From contig CM060731.1 of assembly GCA_030704615.1 (NCBI GenBank), positions 6,014,001 to 6,078,000 of the forward strand: 64,000 nt of DNA, given 5' to 3'. The first letter of the stretch is position 1. Each line of letters begins with the position of its first letter. The position numbers and the translations under genes are program-made. Source of the DNA: Takakia lepidozioides. Its lineage: Eukaryota > Plantae > Bryophyta. Below, piece after piece: positions 1-14,400 of this stretch. The notes under the pieces were generated by a model. The model was not told the DNA's origin and made no database searches. It saw only the letters and a list, made by a program, of their open reading frames with translations.

Positions 1-880
1 ATCGATGAGTACATCCGTTACCATCGTCCGTCTAATACGTACTTGTATTACGGGTATTGCTAGCTTCCTGATCAGAGTCTTCATTCTCTCCAGGTAGTCG
101 ACTACCAATTCTTTCTTTTTCTGTCTCAGGTTCTGTAATCCTGTGAAGATTTCAGACGCGGATTTGTTGGATCTATATCTTTCTTGAAACGCAGCTCTCA
201 TATCCGCCCAATTCGCAAAGTGATTGGCTGGGAAGGTTGCCAACCATTCAATGCCTTTCCGGGCCATTGAACAAAGAAATAGTCGGATCTGCTCTTGGTC
301 TGTTGCTTCATTGTAAATGGTGCACATGTTTTCAAAAAGATTAAGATGGATATCTGGATCAAATTTCCCATCATATAAAGGAAATGGTGGTCTGGTTTTG
401 CTTGCTGCTAAAGCCATCGGTGCAGCTGGTGCTGCTGGTGCAACTAGTTGCCCAAACTGGGATGGTCCCGCTGCTGCTGGCTGGAGTGGTGTTGGTGTTT
501 GTCTTCCAAACAGTGATTCAAAGCTAGGAGGTCCTTGTCCCAATGATAATCGTTTTCCAGCTGTCCCTACTAAGCTTAATGAATCTTTAAAAGCTTTGAG
601 TGCAGTTCTAGTTATCTTTTCTGGAGAAGTGCTTTCACTTCTTTCACCTTCTTCACTCAGAATGTTCTCAAATCTTTCTTCCAATATTTCAGCAAAACCT
701 CGATTTGGACTTGTTACTGTAGAAGGTCCTTCAGATCTTTCTTGTGGTAACCATTCATCAAGTACATTACTGGCAACTTCTTCTGGTGTAGTGTTCCCAC
801 TTCCCACCAATCCGATTTCCTGATCTTCTGGTTTATCACTGTCAATTTGTCTTGATGTCTCACCTTGAATAATATTCAAA
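1..880 (-). mobile_element. Ty3/gypsy LTR retrotransposon gag region, running off the window start
   Basis: Minus-strand translation gives FPLYDGKFDPDIHLNLFENMC...QIRLFLCSMARKGIEWLATFPANHFANWADMRAAFQERY...LQNLRQKKKELVVDYLERMK, a Retrotrans_gag pattern. The + ORF 317-823 is its antisense shadow. The upstream boundary is approximate. Confidence 0.8.
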
Positions 881-1364
881 TTCTGTAATTATGGGAACTT
901 TTCTCTTAACCGAGCCTCCCTTTCTGCAACATATTTCTCTATTCGTTCAGCTCTGTCTTGTTTAGTTTTTTCTTTAATTTCCTCATTCATTCCCACATCA
1001 TATGTAGAATTCCTTTTCGGCACCCTTTAAACAGTCTTGGTATGTCAGTAAAGAAAATTTATAGTGGTCTCTACCCTTTCTTCAAGATTTATCCCATCTT
1101 GCAAGAATCTGTATTACGACTTAATTTTCTTTTTTACTGATTGATCACCAAACTTTTTAATGAGCACAATAATACCATCTGTCTTTTCCAGTGTATCTGA
1201 CTTGCAATAAGTCTTTGGGTATCCAGTACTCCACCTCTTATATGATCATGTGACAATATTCATAATTTGAACATCCTTCTCTGAAAATATAACTAGTGTA
1301 GCAAACTTTTCTGATTGGGATTAGAGTAATCAATAAAGCTAGACGAGACAACCACTCTTCACTT

Positions 1365-1462
1365 TTGGAGCATGTTGGGGCTTGGAGCGGTGCTCACACA
1401 GGTGGATGATGAGGGCTTTGGAGCACCTACATTCCCAAGGTGCTCGTGTAATACTGATCACT
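1365..1462 (+). mobile_element. Tiny gypsy RNase H fragment
   Basis: Encodes WSMLGLGAVLTQVDDEG, similar to AVLTQVDDDG in the pol fragment near 50690. Confidence 0.5.
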
Positions 1463-2939
1463 CCTGTTTTTTATTTTACTGAATAAAAAACACCCATAAT
1501 GTATATCTTCAAGCTCAAAGTTCCACATATCTACAGTTTTGGTATCCTACAAAAGGAATAACACATTAGGGAAAAACAAAGTCACAATAACCAACACCAT
1601 ACAAATACCAAACAATAATTGAACGATTCAATATAATGAGGCAAACAACGGGTTTCGGTAGTGAAATAAATCAAGGTATCGGGTTTCGCCAACGAAATGA
1701 CGGATTTTACCAACGAAGTTTCTAGGTATCACTGTGTAGGTCATTATCCAATGGTTTCGTGGGCGAAACAAAATGTGTTGTGTTTGGTTTTGCATATAAG
1801 AGACGGCGTGAGATTGTTTTATTTCGCTAATGAATTGTTATGTGCTTATTGCGGTATGTCGGTACCCATGCTTTTGTGGGCGAAACAGAATGAAATAATT
1901 CTAGTTTCGCGTATTACTGATTGAACGTCAAATGCACTTGACAAAATACACAACTATTAAGCAACGAAAATCCTTGATGGAGACGACACCTACCGAATAT
2001 TCCTTATGCCCCAACTTCACGTGGCTTGTGCTGATGCCATGTTTTTGTGCTCGTAAGCACAAATTTCACTTTTTAGTTTCGCCATAGCATCTTCTTGGGA
2101 ACATTTTTGGAATTTTCTCTTCTGCTCACTTGAGCACGCTCACGCGCTACCCAACCTCTCTCAAAACATGAGTCATTTACGGTTCTTTGCTTCAGTTGCA
2201 TGTTGGAATGCGAGAAGTTTTCTTGCATGCCGGAATTCACCTTTCATAAATACTACACAACCTTCTAAAATACAATTTGGCTCCAAAGATATGTCAAGCG
2301 TACATGTACCTGTGGCAAAATACGGACGAAGGAGGAGTATCTTCATGATATTCCCATGGTCATGCAAGTGAGGGAAGAGAGGAGAGGAAGAGTGTTGGGA
2401 TGAGGTCATGCTGGGGTTAGGCATTGCTTTAGCTTCTCTTCCTCGTAGTTTCCACCCTCTCATTAGGCCAAGACCTTTCCGTAGGTGGAGGCAAGAGTCA
2501 GTCCGGGTTTGGGCTGGGGTGTCCTTGCAGGAGCAACACCGTGGAGTTGTTTTTGGTGTGGGGGAGTTGTCGTTCTGATTTCTTGTGTGGATGTGTGATA
2601 TGGATGTTTTCCATCCTATAATCTGCGGGGACGTGAGCGAATGCAGACGTGGAAAACGGGCATCATTCATCCCACTTCGGCCCTCCTGTGTCGAGGTGCA
2701 GAGTTCAAAACTGCAACGGGTCGCAGTCGTCCTTGCGCCGCGCACTGGAGGCTGACGCTAGGCATGCCGTACCCTAGCGCGGCTAGATGGAGCAGTGAGG
2801 AGTCCGCGTGACTCGAGTGTTGGCTCGCTTGCTTCATCTCCTCGTCGTCCGCCTGCTGTTGCTGCATCGTCTGCTTACCTTGTCTTCTGCAAGACTACGA
2901 TACTCTTCTTGAGACCGATTTCCAGATCAAGGCGACGTC

Positions 2940-5900
2940 ATGGTGAGCTTCTTTCATGTCTGTGTTTCTCCCTGAACTGTTGAGAATACCTTGGTCGGAC
3001 AGGGAATGAATTTGGCCCGATGAATTGGCTCAACGCATCCGTGTGGATACCTTAACTTTGCGGGGTTTCTTGTTTTGGCGAACTCTCTTTTAGCGCTTCA
3101 GTTGTTGCGGAACTGCTTAGAAATGGCTTGGCACAAAGAGAGGGATAGTTTTTCTTGCCTCATCTTTGTTGGTGTATGCTTTACAGCGTTATTGTTCGCT
3201 TCTTTTTATGCTGGCATCTCTTTGAGCACTCCACTTGTTGCTGAAGGGGGAAGAGTTTAGCTTTCATCTTTTTTGGATTTGGTGTGTTTGAGTCTCATTG
3301 GCTTTGAGAGCAACTGATTTAGAAGTAGGTGGTCGGTCTGTTCATAGCTTCGTGCTCCGTCAGACACGAGGTGAGGAGAAGTGAGGCTGATGACTGAGTG
3401 GGATGTTGGCAGGGTGACACTCCTCCGCGACACAGGGATAGGTCAGTTTCTTTTTCTCCGTCCTTCTCTCTCGTTGGTCCGGTTTGGTCCTCCGTCTTTT
3501 GCATTTTTTTTCCTCATGTTTTGATGCGCCCCCCAGTTTTGAAGCCTCCAACCTCTCTGGGCTTGTCTTTCTTTCTACTTGTGAATGTCAGTGACTAAAA
3601 AGAGCAGTCCGCGAGGTCTGCATCGTGATGTTCTTTCATAACTGTGTGCCTGGTGAAGTCAAGAGTTTAAATATTGTTAGGTTTTAGAAACTATGATCCA
3701 TTTTCTCTTCTGTCATATTCACCTCAAAAGGTACGTAGAGACCGGAAAAGCTTTTGACTACCTACATGACCCAGTTGTACTTCCTACAACTTGGAGAGGA
3801 AGTAGGCATAGCTGTATGCAAGGACGGATTATGGAACCTTTATGCTAACCAGGCTGGTGTGCTTTTATGTCAGTCTCTGACTTGGTAGAAGTGTGCTGCT
3901 CAAGCTTTAGCTAAAGCAAAACAACTCTAGGCTGTCTGAAGTCTGGCCTACCATGTCTGTATACCCTGAGACGGGCAAATTGGGAACACCTCTATAGCCA
4001 AGGACCATTGGTCATGTTTGGGTTTTAAGAATTTAACTATCACAGGGCATATTTTTATGCAGGAATGAGGGGGTTACTACAGCTCATGCTTGAAGTTCCT
4101 GGTAGAGGAGGGTCCTCACTGAGGATGGCTTTAGGTTCAAGTTGTTTTTTTCATTCGCCTAGGCACGGACCTTGATAGATACAAGTGAGCTAAAGCCAAG
4201 TGCAGGAGTTCCTCACTCTTAAGAGTTAGCAGATACTTCTGAACTTGGGAGGATTATACAAGAGGCAGAGGGGAAATGAGTCTTCTTGGAATGTGCATAG
4301 AACTGCCTACTGGTAATGTTTGATACTTATTCATGTTGTCGCACAATTTAGGGTTCATAATCACGAGGCTTGGAATCATACTCTGTCTACTACTCACTGG
4401 CAGTTAAACTTTGACCCAGGTATTCAAGCTCACCTTCACCAAGGGAACGAGAGAGGCCGGAGCGGTCAAGGTCACGCAGTCCTGTCAGTCGCCGGTCAGT
4501 CCCACTGAGAACCTCACCATGCCATAATTTTTCTTCTTTTAAGAAATTGAGGTCTCTAGGGGCTTATGATTCATAGGCACACTGACAGTTTATCAGTAGG
4601 GCATACCTTCCTGGTTTGTAAAGTTGGACAGTGGCTGCGCCGCAGCTTATGTTAGTTCCTCAATGCTGATGAAAGGGGCTGATGCAGGAATTTAACAGTT
4701 GGACTGAAGCCTATGTGGTTTGTGTCTGATATTCACGGAGTCCTTCACATATGTTGAGGCATACAGATTCATAGTGAGGGACCTTCCTGTACTTCGTTGT
4801 GGTTTGTATGCATGAGGAGGCTGATGATACCCTGATCCTCCCTCAATTCAACAGTGCTGTGCACTCAAATGAAATCGTATCTCAACTTTTGTTGAATCAA
4901 ATCAATGAAAGTGGCTTGGTAAGCATATTGAAAGGGCTGCAGTGAATTATTTTAGTACTAACTTTGCAAGGACCTGGGTCGTTCCCCCTTCGGAAGGCGG
5001 CATATTTTGGGATGTTGTTTTCTGAGCCACTTTGGCATCCACATGGAAGCAAGAAGTTCCAAATGAAGAATCTATCTTATGTGTTTACTTGGACTCTGCA
5101 GGGGAGGTGGTGGTGGCGGCGGCGGCGGCGGTGGAGGAGGAGGGGGGAATAGATTCAGACATGAAGGCTTGGACCCAGTTAACAATCTTTATGTTACAGG
5201 GTTATCTACACGCGTGAATGAGAAGGACCTCGAAGAACATTTTTCTAAGGAGGGCAAGGTGAGTTGATGGATGGTTTTGTATGTATACAGAGTACGTATG
5301 ATGTAGTGTCTGGAATATTTGCCAGACACAGTGGGAAGCTGTCAGCATTCTTCATCATTTTGGAGTACTGGTGGTGCTAGCATGCTGGATGTGGATGTTC
5401 TTCTTGAAGAGGTTTGTGTGTTTTGCACTTGCAGGTCTTGGAATGCCGGCTGGTGCTAGATCCACGAACTAGGGAATCACGTGGCTTTGGGTTTGTAACA
5501 ATGGAGCATCTGGATGATGCAGAGCGGTGCATCAAGTACCTCAACCGTTCAACCCTGGAGGGTCGAATGATTACTGTTGAAAAGGTAATTGGTGGAAGTG
5601 GGAGTAGGATACCGAAGCCAGTATCATATTGATTCCTCTTTGACTGCCATATTTTTTCGGTGTGGTTGCAGAAAATAGGGTGGTCACTGTAGTCGAGCAA
5701 ATGAAAATTGTGGCCCGGTCATTGCTAATAGCATCGTTGACCCTTTGGTCATCCAGAAATTACGGCCCCCTCCTGCTCCATCAAGATCCTTATCTTTAGC
5801 CTCTCCAGCGGCGATGAAAAAGATAGCAAGTATCAGCAGTTCACTGGGTCAATGCGGCATCCCGGCCCTTTGCAGGTGGTGCGATCTTGAATGTTGGCAA

Positions 5901-7129
5901 AAGCTGCCCAGTTTGATGCTAGGGTAAGGGACTCTGCTTCAGCATGCCCTCCAAGCTGAACTAGAGACCAGCATCTAATGTCCTAGGTGGCTGGCATGGC
6001 GGGATGGGCAATAATCAAATTCCAGTAGGCTAAATCAACGGAGAGCTCCAGCAACCAACCAGGTGGTCTGCAGCCATTAAATTTGTTTGCCAATTAGCCG
6101 CGGCTTCTTCCCATTTTTTGCAAGGCTAACTCCAGCTATTGACAAGCGCCTCTCTGAACCTACGGCCTTTTGAATATGGGCGCTGGTGTTTTGAGCAAGA
6201 GCAATCTGGCAGGGCTGCCTGTTTGGTCCCATCAGTTGTTCTCGGTTACTAGCTGCATCCTGGCTGATATTGGTGCCAAGCATACCTGTTCTTCCAGTCA
6301 TTTAATACTTGGTACTGCCAAATTGGCATTTGTCCTGTAAGTGGCATGTTTGACCCTCTGATAAGCACGGTTATCTTGATTCTTTTTGCTTTTAAATCTT
6401 TTGGGGCAAGTGTCTCTTAATTACTGGGCTCAAGGGGCATGTAAAATGTGGCTAAGGATGATGTCATCTTTAGGAGTTTAAGCCTGGGCTTCATTGTAGG
6501 AGGCAGTGCTCTTACCCAGGTTATGGCAGTAAGCCACATGATATCTAATGATGGGCCTAACGGAACTGGAGATCAGGCCCAACTGGACACCGGTTTGAGA
6601 TAGTTTCTGGTTTTATACTGTTTTCAGTGTTCTGATGCTAGTGAGGTGCAGGCCAAGCGCAAGCGAGCGCGAACACCGACTCCTGGGGAGTATCTTGGTG
6701 TGAGAGGTGTGTACGTCATGTATGCTAAAAAAAAATTGTTACTGTTGATGTAACCTTTTGTTTATTCTGTATCGTGTGGTTAAGTAATATTACCTTGTGG
6801 TAATGTTGAAGGCAGTTTCAATGTTTGTATAGCCATGCACTATTTCCAGTCTTTTTATGATAAGAAAATGCTGTCGTGTTGCACCGTAAGTTATTGATAG
6901 TCTTTGTGGTGCAGCTGCCATGCAGGCCAACCGACGGGGTGGCGGTGGAGGGAGGGGTGGTGGACAATATCAGCGTGAAATGCGTAACCAGCGCCATTCC
7001 CCTGAATATGCACCCTATCAGGGTGGTGGACGAGAGAGGGACAGAGACAGGTCTCCTCGCTACTCTCCATACCGTGCTCATCAGCGTGATCGCTCCCATT
7101 CTCCGCAGCATGCCCCGTACCGGCGCTGA
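2940..7129 (+). CDS. SR45a: SR45a / TRA2-like serine-arginine RRM splicing factor, about 227 aa, 7 coding exons
   Basis: Exons 2940-2942 (ATG only), 3413-3441, 4420-4494, 5102-5258, 5435-5584, 6652-6706 and 6915-7129, all GT-AG and phase-consistent. Protein: RS N-terminus, Gly run, RRM (NLYVTGLSTRV...DPRTRESRGFGFVTM...ITVEKA), RARTPTPGEYLG, RS/YSP C-terminus. Confidence 0.92.
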
Positions 7130-8458
7130 GGTCTGGCAGGTCAGTTGCTCCAGACATGTACCTGTTTCCTTCCTGAAATTATTGAGGGATAGTACTCACT
7201 ATTCATCTACTGTATGTGGACCATAATTTTTGGTGGTGGGGGTTGCAGCTGGTGAACCTGCCAGCGGGTCAGTGAAGTCCTGCAAAGTCCACTCAGCAGA
7301 CAGAGCACAGGCTTGAGCTTCTGATGAATTACGGTTTTCTTTTTAATTGTGTTACCTTTTCTTCTCCGACCAGCTGGTTCTTGCATACAGACTGGTTTGC
7401 AGAACCATTGACAGTTCTGATGCGGCAGATGTTGAAGACTGTTAAACACTGCTTTCGTTGGTTACTTTACTTTCACAGGTCTAGGTCATGTATATCTGTG
7501 AATGGAACAAGGCAGCGGTTTCTAGGATATGGTTGTTGGGTGAACAGACAAAGCTGTATATGCAGCAATTTCTTGCAAGCTGAGCTTGTGAATATCTGTA
7601 TTTCCATGAATTGCCTCTTTTATGTGCAAGATTGTTTGTCTCAAATCTATCTATTGATACAGAGAAGTTAAATGCTTGAATATGCGGTAAAATTTAGGTT
7701 TATCAGGCAATGCTGGAAGAGCAGTATGTGCAAGGCATGGGTTGCATGTTGAGATGATTCTCTTGTGATCGCTGTTACTCAATGTATGTTTTTGACGCTA
7801 CTTCAAACACCAGTCAGCAAGCCCTAGGCAAGAAGAGGAACATCAGGTTCCTATCTCTCCCTTCCCTCTTCCATGGGAGCTGTCGATGACCTAAAACAAG
7901 TAAAGTTGGGCAGAAGCTATCATTCTCTCGGATGGGGAGGTTACCCGTTCATCCACAATGGCAACTTTATCATCACTAAGATGAAATTCATCCAAAGAAA
8001 CCCCCTGCCGTCTGAAATGCCTGTATGGTACGAGGTACTTGTTATAAATTAGGGTTACAGTCGACCAAGTTACTAGTAAATAGTCAGTTATTATATCTGC
8101 GTTGCAGGAGAGTGTGGGAAGTAAGGGGTAAGTCGGTCATCACCTTATTATGTCGGAGCCTTTATAGGTGCGACGAAGAAAGCAAGTGAGAGCAGGGAGC
8201 GAAGGTTGAACAGAGATCTGGCCCCTGCTGCATGGCTCGGGGCCTGCGAATTTGAGATTCTAATGGGAGCATCATCAGACTCATGCCTGTATCTTGTCGG
8301 GCCTTCTGGAATTCGTGGTTGGGAGTGGTTTGTTGAGAGTAGAAAGATGTGGATATTTTGTGCATTCCACCTGAGATTGCAATGGCAACAGGAGAATTCC
8401 ATGACTTCATCTTCGGTGTAGAGTTTTTAGGTGTGAGTGGATTATTGAGAGAAGAAGG

Positions 8459-11400
8459 ATGTGGATATTTTATGCTTTGGCGGGGCCGATAGCGCTGGGC
8501 ATGGTCACAGCAACCCTGCAATACTTCGCTGCCTCCACTGTGCCACTTCATGTTCGGTTGATTGTGGGATACGCCTGGTTCTGCACCATCTCTGTCATCA
8601 TCCTTGTGCCTGCGGACATCTGGACGGTAAGTTTTCCTGTGCAGCCCATCCAGTGCAGAATGGATCCTGAAAGCAAAGATAGCCTTCTTCATTATGTGAG
8701 TGGGTGTGGAGGCTGTGGTCACCTCGTAGTTTTCACCTTGAAGCTGGCCCCTGCATGTGTGTAGCTTCCATAACCTCTGATCTGTCGTTGAGCAAGGGAA
8801 GTCGTCTCATTCACGATATGCCTGTAGCATGACGGGACGCCCGGAGGAGCATATGAATTGGACTGGACTTATCCTGCGATGGACATTCAACTCCCGAATG
8901 ACCAGCAACGGTGTGGGCAACCTTATTGTTAATTTGAGATCTGGCCTCAGATATCCTTCGCCTTTGTTCTACAGGCTCAGAGTGTCTTGAGGGCGAGGCT
9001 GTAGAAGCGCACTCTTCAAATTTGTGACCAACCGAATACACAATATAAGTTCATCCTAGTTTGCAGGAGCAGTATTATTGGCCATGAGGCTGTCACTGTG
9101 AGACCGCGAGGGTTCTATGTGTGTGTATCTCTGGGAGCACTACCTGATAAATGTGGTGAGACCTTAGCAATTTGCACAACAATCCAAATATGGAGTAATG
9201 CATATGTTGCTAATAAGTGATTCATTAGTGTACAAAAGGGGCATAGCATTCCAAGCCCTGGCTGTTGGAGTATTGATGGAAGGCCGTTTGTATGGGTTGT
9301 GAGCTGGACTGAGCTAAATAACTGGAGCAGCAGCAAGAGCTCCTACAGACTGATCAAGGATGCCAAGTCTGGTCCTGTACACTTTCAATTAAGGGGAGAC
9401 GGAATTGCAAGTCAATCTCGTTGCAATGAGCTAGGTAGTGAAGCAGAATGAGGCCACTAAATATAACCTGTTTGGTGAAGCATCTGCATGAGTTGACTGG
9501 TAACAGGCTGAGGAGAGAATGCGCTTAACTCATTAAACTTTGCACTCGACTTTGGATGGCATGCAAGCATTATATGAAGCTAATTCCTGCTCATCACCAC
9601 TATAGCTGTTTGAATGGCTGCTGGACAGGGTCTTTGTAAGACTTGTAATGATTTTAGCCATAGGGGAACTAAAGGACATGCTCGCAACATGCCAATATGT
9701 CAGAGGGTGTTTACTGGGCTTTGTGGGAAGACCAACAAAAGGATTATGGGTACTTCAATCATTTCATAACTGACCCAAAATTGTGTCTTGCCAATGCATG
9801 TGATAAATGGAACAGACGGTTTCTTCACAGGGTAGCATAGAGACCATCAAGACATTATGGAGCTGGTCCTACTGGAGCACATTCTGCCTCACTTGGTACG
9901 TCCGAAGGTCGACAAAATTACACAGTGCCGCATGGGTGTGATTTTGTTGTTATGATTGCTCTACCTACCTTTCAATCCTGTCTTCCTGATATGCTGAGCA
10001 GGGTTGATAATATTGTTGTGGTTTCTACTTCCTAGCTCCCATAGCTGTAAAGAGGATCATATGGATGAGCTTTGGGCAATTTGAAAAGGTTCTTCATGAT
10101 GAATGAGCCCTGTAACTCATTGTAACAAACCAGTATGATGGGGGATTCACTCCAGGCTTCAGCTGGATAACCAGAAATGTGCTACATCATTTCGCCCTGT
10201 ATGCACAATAGCCATTTAGTGTCTATTGTACCTAAATTGTGACCAAGGATGAAGGTCCATTATTCTTGATGTTTAGGGGCAAGTTTTGGCATGCAGCATT
10301 AGAATACAAGGGCCGGAGTTTTGACGCTCATGCTGCTTGCATGGTATGTGGCAGGGCTATCGTTCCCACATTGCAGGGTTACGAGGATGCTGGGGATTTC
10401 ACAGTTTCTAAAAGGATAAAAACAGGCATTCAGGGCAATCTTGTGTTGTACGCTAGCGTGGGCGTTGTGTCTATGATTGGGGTGCTTATTATGATCTTTA
10501 TGCGGAAGCTCGAATGGTAAATTTCTGCTCATCACATTACCTCCCACACAGGGCGTCTTTCATCAGCTGTCTGTGCTCTGGGTACGAGTAGTGCTTGGGT
10601 GTTCAATCTTGTAATCAGCAGCCTGTGGATTGGAATGGAATATGGTTATGTGTTAGGAATTGAGTGTCTTGAATAGTGTTAAGAGCATTTGTCAAGAAAG
10701 ACACCCCAGCAACTTTTAAAAAAACACTATGGTGGCCTAGAGGTACAAGATTTGTACACACGACTGGTTCCACCTCACTGTGGCTGATGCTTAGTTACTG
10801 GGTTCAAAATCAGACATAGCAATTTGCAGCCTTTGAAAACGAGTTGCAACCCAGACACCTGTTTCCACTATGTGGGCTGGAGTGCAGGAATGGTGTGTTG
10901 GCACTGGCGATAAATTGCTCCAATACCTTCGGGCTGGTCACAGGCGCGTTTCTGTTAGGTTATGGCTTGGTGGAAGTGCCCCGTAGTATGTGGCGGGATG
11001 CCGATTTGCAATACCGTCAAAAGTATTTGACACACCAAATTGCCAAGGTGGCTGTCAAGCTGGATGATGCCCATCAGGAGCTCTCCACTGCTATTGTGGT
11101 ATCTACCTTACCATCCCAACACTCTTACAATGTTTCAATATTTAAGTTTTTATCCTGGAGAAAGCTTTTAGGTTTGTATGCTAGAATCACTTGGGGATTA
11201 TTTTAGGCGCAGCTTAATCGTATTTATTTGGGGTTGAAAAACCAATTTCCTCCAAATATTTTCCGATTTAAATAGAAGAGAAGTTCTATATTGCACCTTT
11301 TATTGTCGGAGTTTTTCGGATGGGTGTTTACCCCGAAGTATTCCTAGAGTGCATGCATACTTCCGGGAGAACTATAAGGGATGGATTGAGTGTCAGTCCT

Positions 11401-14400
11401 TTGGCTTAAGGGTTAAAACCAGGATTTGTATGAAGACTTAACTTTCAGACACAGTGCAGTTATTTAGGGTGTTGTCTTCTGTCAGAGCAGTCCTACTAGC
11501 ATATTTCCATTCTCTCAAAGTTGTGCAGCCATTCTCTAGCCTCTTTTTGTAGTCATGGTCTCGTTGGCCATGGATACAGTCAACAGGTGAGAGACACGCT
11601 CTACACAATGAGCTTCGACGGTGAAGTGTGTCTTTTGTATGTCATTGCATGGGACTTCTTGAGGAGGTTGCAGAGTCAGAAATTTGGCAAGCCACCGAAT
11701 CTAGGGGTGGCTTTGTACTATTAACGGGCCGGGTAGGGCCGATTCTGCCCTGTAAGCGGGAGTGGGCGAGGCCGGTAGGCCGAGCCCGGTGGCCGCGCAC
11801 AGGGCAGAGTCGGCCCTACCCGGCCCGTTCACTGGCGTTAAAAGCAGGGTGTGGCGTATTCTCGCGACTACGTGGCGAAATTTGATTGGGGTTCAATTAT
11901 CCCATATCGATTGCCCAGATTCAGAGCCCCGCAGAGGCTATAAATGGGGGCGAGCTTGAAAGGGAAGGTGGGTGGGTCGATGGGAGGTTGCATGTACCTC
12001 CTGCTGCCATCTGGGGTGCATAATTCTGCCGATTCTGCCTGCCAAATCGGCAGTACACCCTGGGTGGCCGATTCGGCCTGAGAATTAGTCTCAAAAAGTG
12101 GCAGAATACGCCACACCTGCTTTTAACGTTTGAGTTATCCAGACAAAGTGGTGAGAGAAAAAGCATTTTCTGTCGAGGTTTACAATTGGTGAAGTTTGGA
12201 ACACAAAACAATATGAACTTCTCTGGAAATTTCCAATATCCTAACATGCACTGAGATGCATTGAATGCTTGCAAATGCCATTAACATCATCCAGGGTAGC
12301 TAGGGTTGTTGGAAGTGGTGGTGACAAGTCATTGTTTCACCTCTTCTTGCATGGTCTCCAAGAGAAGACGCCTACAGGGTTGTGTGTTAGTGAGGACGTG
12401 CAAGTGATTTGACACAACAAACACACACGTGATTTGAGACTCGCAAAATCTTGATGCCAATAACTTCAATTGTAGAATTAGCATGGTTTTAAAGTTGTCA
12501 TATTGAAAATCTAAACCTGGAAAGGCTCAAGTTGAGGGTACAGGCTAGGGTGGTCTCAGGCATTTCAAATTGTTGTACACCTCTAAACTACCAATTTTCT
12601 GTCGGTTTGCGTGGGGAGGCAGATTGCACAGGCAACTTCAAACCAGATGTCCAGGCACGATCCATTGCGTCGATGCATGGATGTAATTGACCAGATGATG
12701 TCCCAAATGGTGTGTACTTTACCACACCTCAGAAGTCCTAGCAATAGTTGACTGAAGATGGATCAAATGTTGAGTATGAACAGCCATGGTCATATATGGG
12801 TTGTGTGTGGCTGCAGCTATGTTTGACTGGCAGATGGCCAACCATCCTTACATTGCAAAAATACTTCTACTGCGAAACTCAATTTGTTGCTGCCCATCCT
12901 GTGAAAAGGATTGTTCTCAAAGTAATTAGCATGCGGTGATTCTGCATGGATGTCAAGGTTTTGATTGCATCCATTGATGTTGTTTTCCCCTCATACAGGG
13001 TCAGTTGGTGCTTGTGGCAGGTAAAGGAAGATCCAGTTTTCAAGCCATCAGGTGGAAGAATGGGGGAAAGTGACATGGATTATGACTCTGATGAGAAGTC
13101 CATGGCTGCTCTTAGAAGACGACTCCGCAAAGCTCGGAGTGACTATTACCGCTTCAAGAGGCATGCATAATCCACTATAACTCACCTCTTTCTGATTTTG
13201 TGCTAGATGATTATATGATGGCTGACAGCAGTTACTTTGTAAGCAATATTTGCTGAGTTGTTCACAGCAGAGCAGAAACATTAGGAATTGTAGTGGCAAA
13301 ACTAGAGATGAAAGATGGTTCAGTGGTATTCAGGTAACCATTTTCGATCACGATGCAGCTGGAAGTAATGATTACTTTGTACGAACAAGATCTTGGGATC
13401 AATTTTGTTGTGGCAAGGGAAAGCATAAACCATCTCTGACCAATTTGACTTGCTAGGGACATTCTGCAAGGTGTACGGGCACATCAATAGTCTAGAAGCC
13501 CAGCAGCAAGTCATGTACTCTTGTGGGGCCATGGTCATCTTGGCTGGATGTACAACATGTTGTGGATGAGGGGTTATCTGGCTGTCGGCAGTGACTATTC
13601 AGGATACGTGTGGGAGGCTCTGGAGCTGGAAGAGACAATGAAGAATTGTGAGCGTGGGAGTACTTCTGACGGGTTTGTGCATCCACCCCTGTTGCATTGT
13701 GAGACTATTAACTTCTGGCTGAGTCCCAGCATTTTGGCTACTGGCACCATCACCCATGTCTGGTGGCATCTACTTGCAGTTTCTCATATAGAAGATGGGA
13801 TGTTCATCTGTGGGTTTGAATACATCGTCCATCCAAACCTCAACCTCTGAATGTGGTGTCTCTTGTAGGTAGATAGCTAGGTTGGAGCATGTACAGATTG
13901 AGAATTTTTTGGTTGTGAGTTCAAAATATGTAATTAGTGTTAATGTTACGAGTGAGTCGGGATGTAAGTTGATAAGACAGCCATGTATCAATAGTTAAAT
14001 GGCTGGATAACTTTTGATGCCATGTGTAGGCGTTTCATCTCAACTATTCGGCCAACACGAATGGGTCCTTTTGCCATCTTTCTTGATAAGTCCGGTGACT
14101 TTCTTCTCTGTCAAGGGTGAATTTATGACAAACTCTTCTAATTGATACATGTAGACTGGTTTCATGATGCTGTAGTGGGTGCAATTTGGAAACAGTTTGG
14201 TCATCACTGCACCATGACTCTAGGAACGTCTGCAAGCATTTTTGTCTGACTTTGGACAGGGATAACCACTATATTGTGTCCGATTTTGGAACTCCTAAAA
14301 GTCATTACTAATTGTTCTGGTCAAGAGATCAGCCACCTTGCCAACTTGTTTGGTGGTGGTTGAAGTAGGAAGACATAGCATTGTGCTTGTATTATGACTT

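Noticed and set aside
317-823. 168-aa plus-strand ORF
   Set aside because: Antisense shadow of the gypsy gag frame.
2173-2745. 190-aa minus-strand ORF divergent from SR45a
   Set aside because: No recognisable domain; it spans promoter-like and probable transposon-derived sequence.
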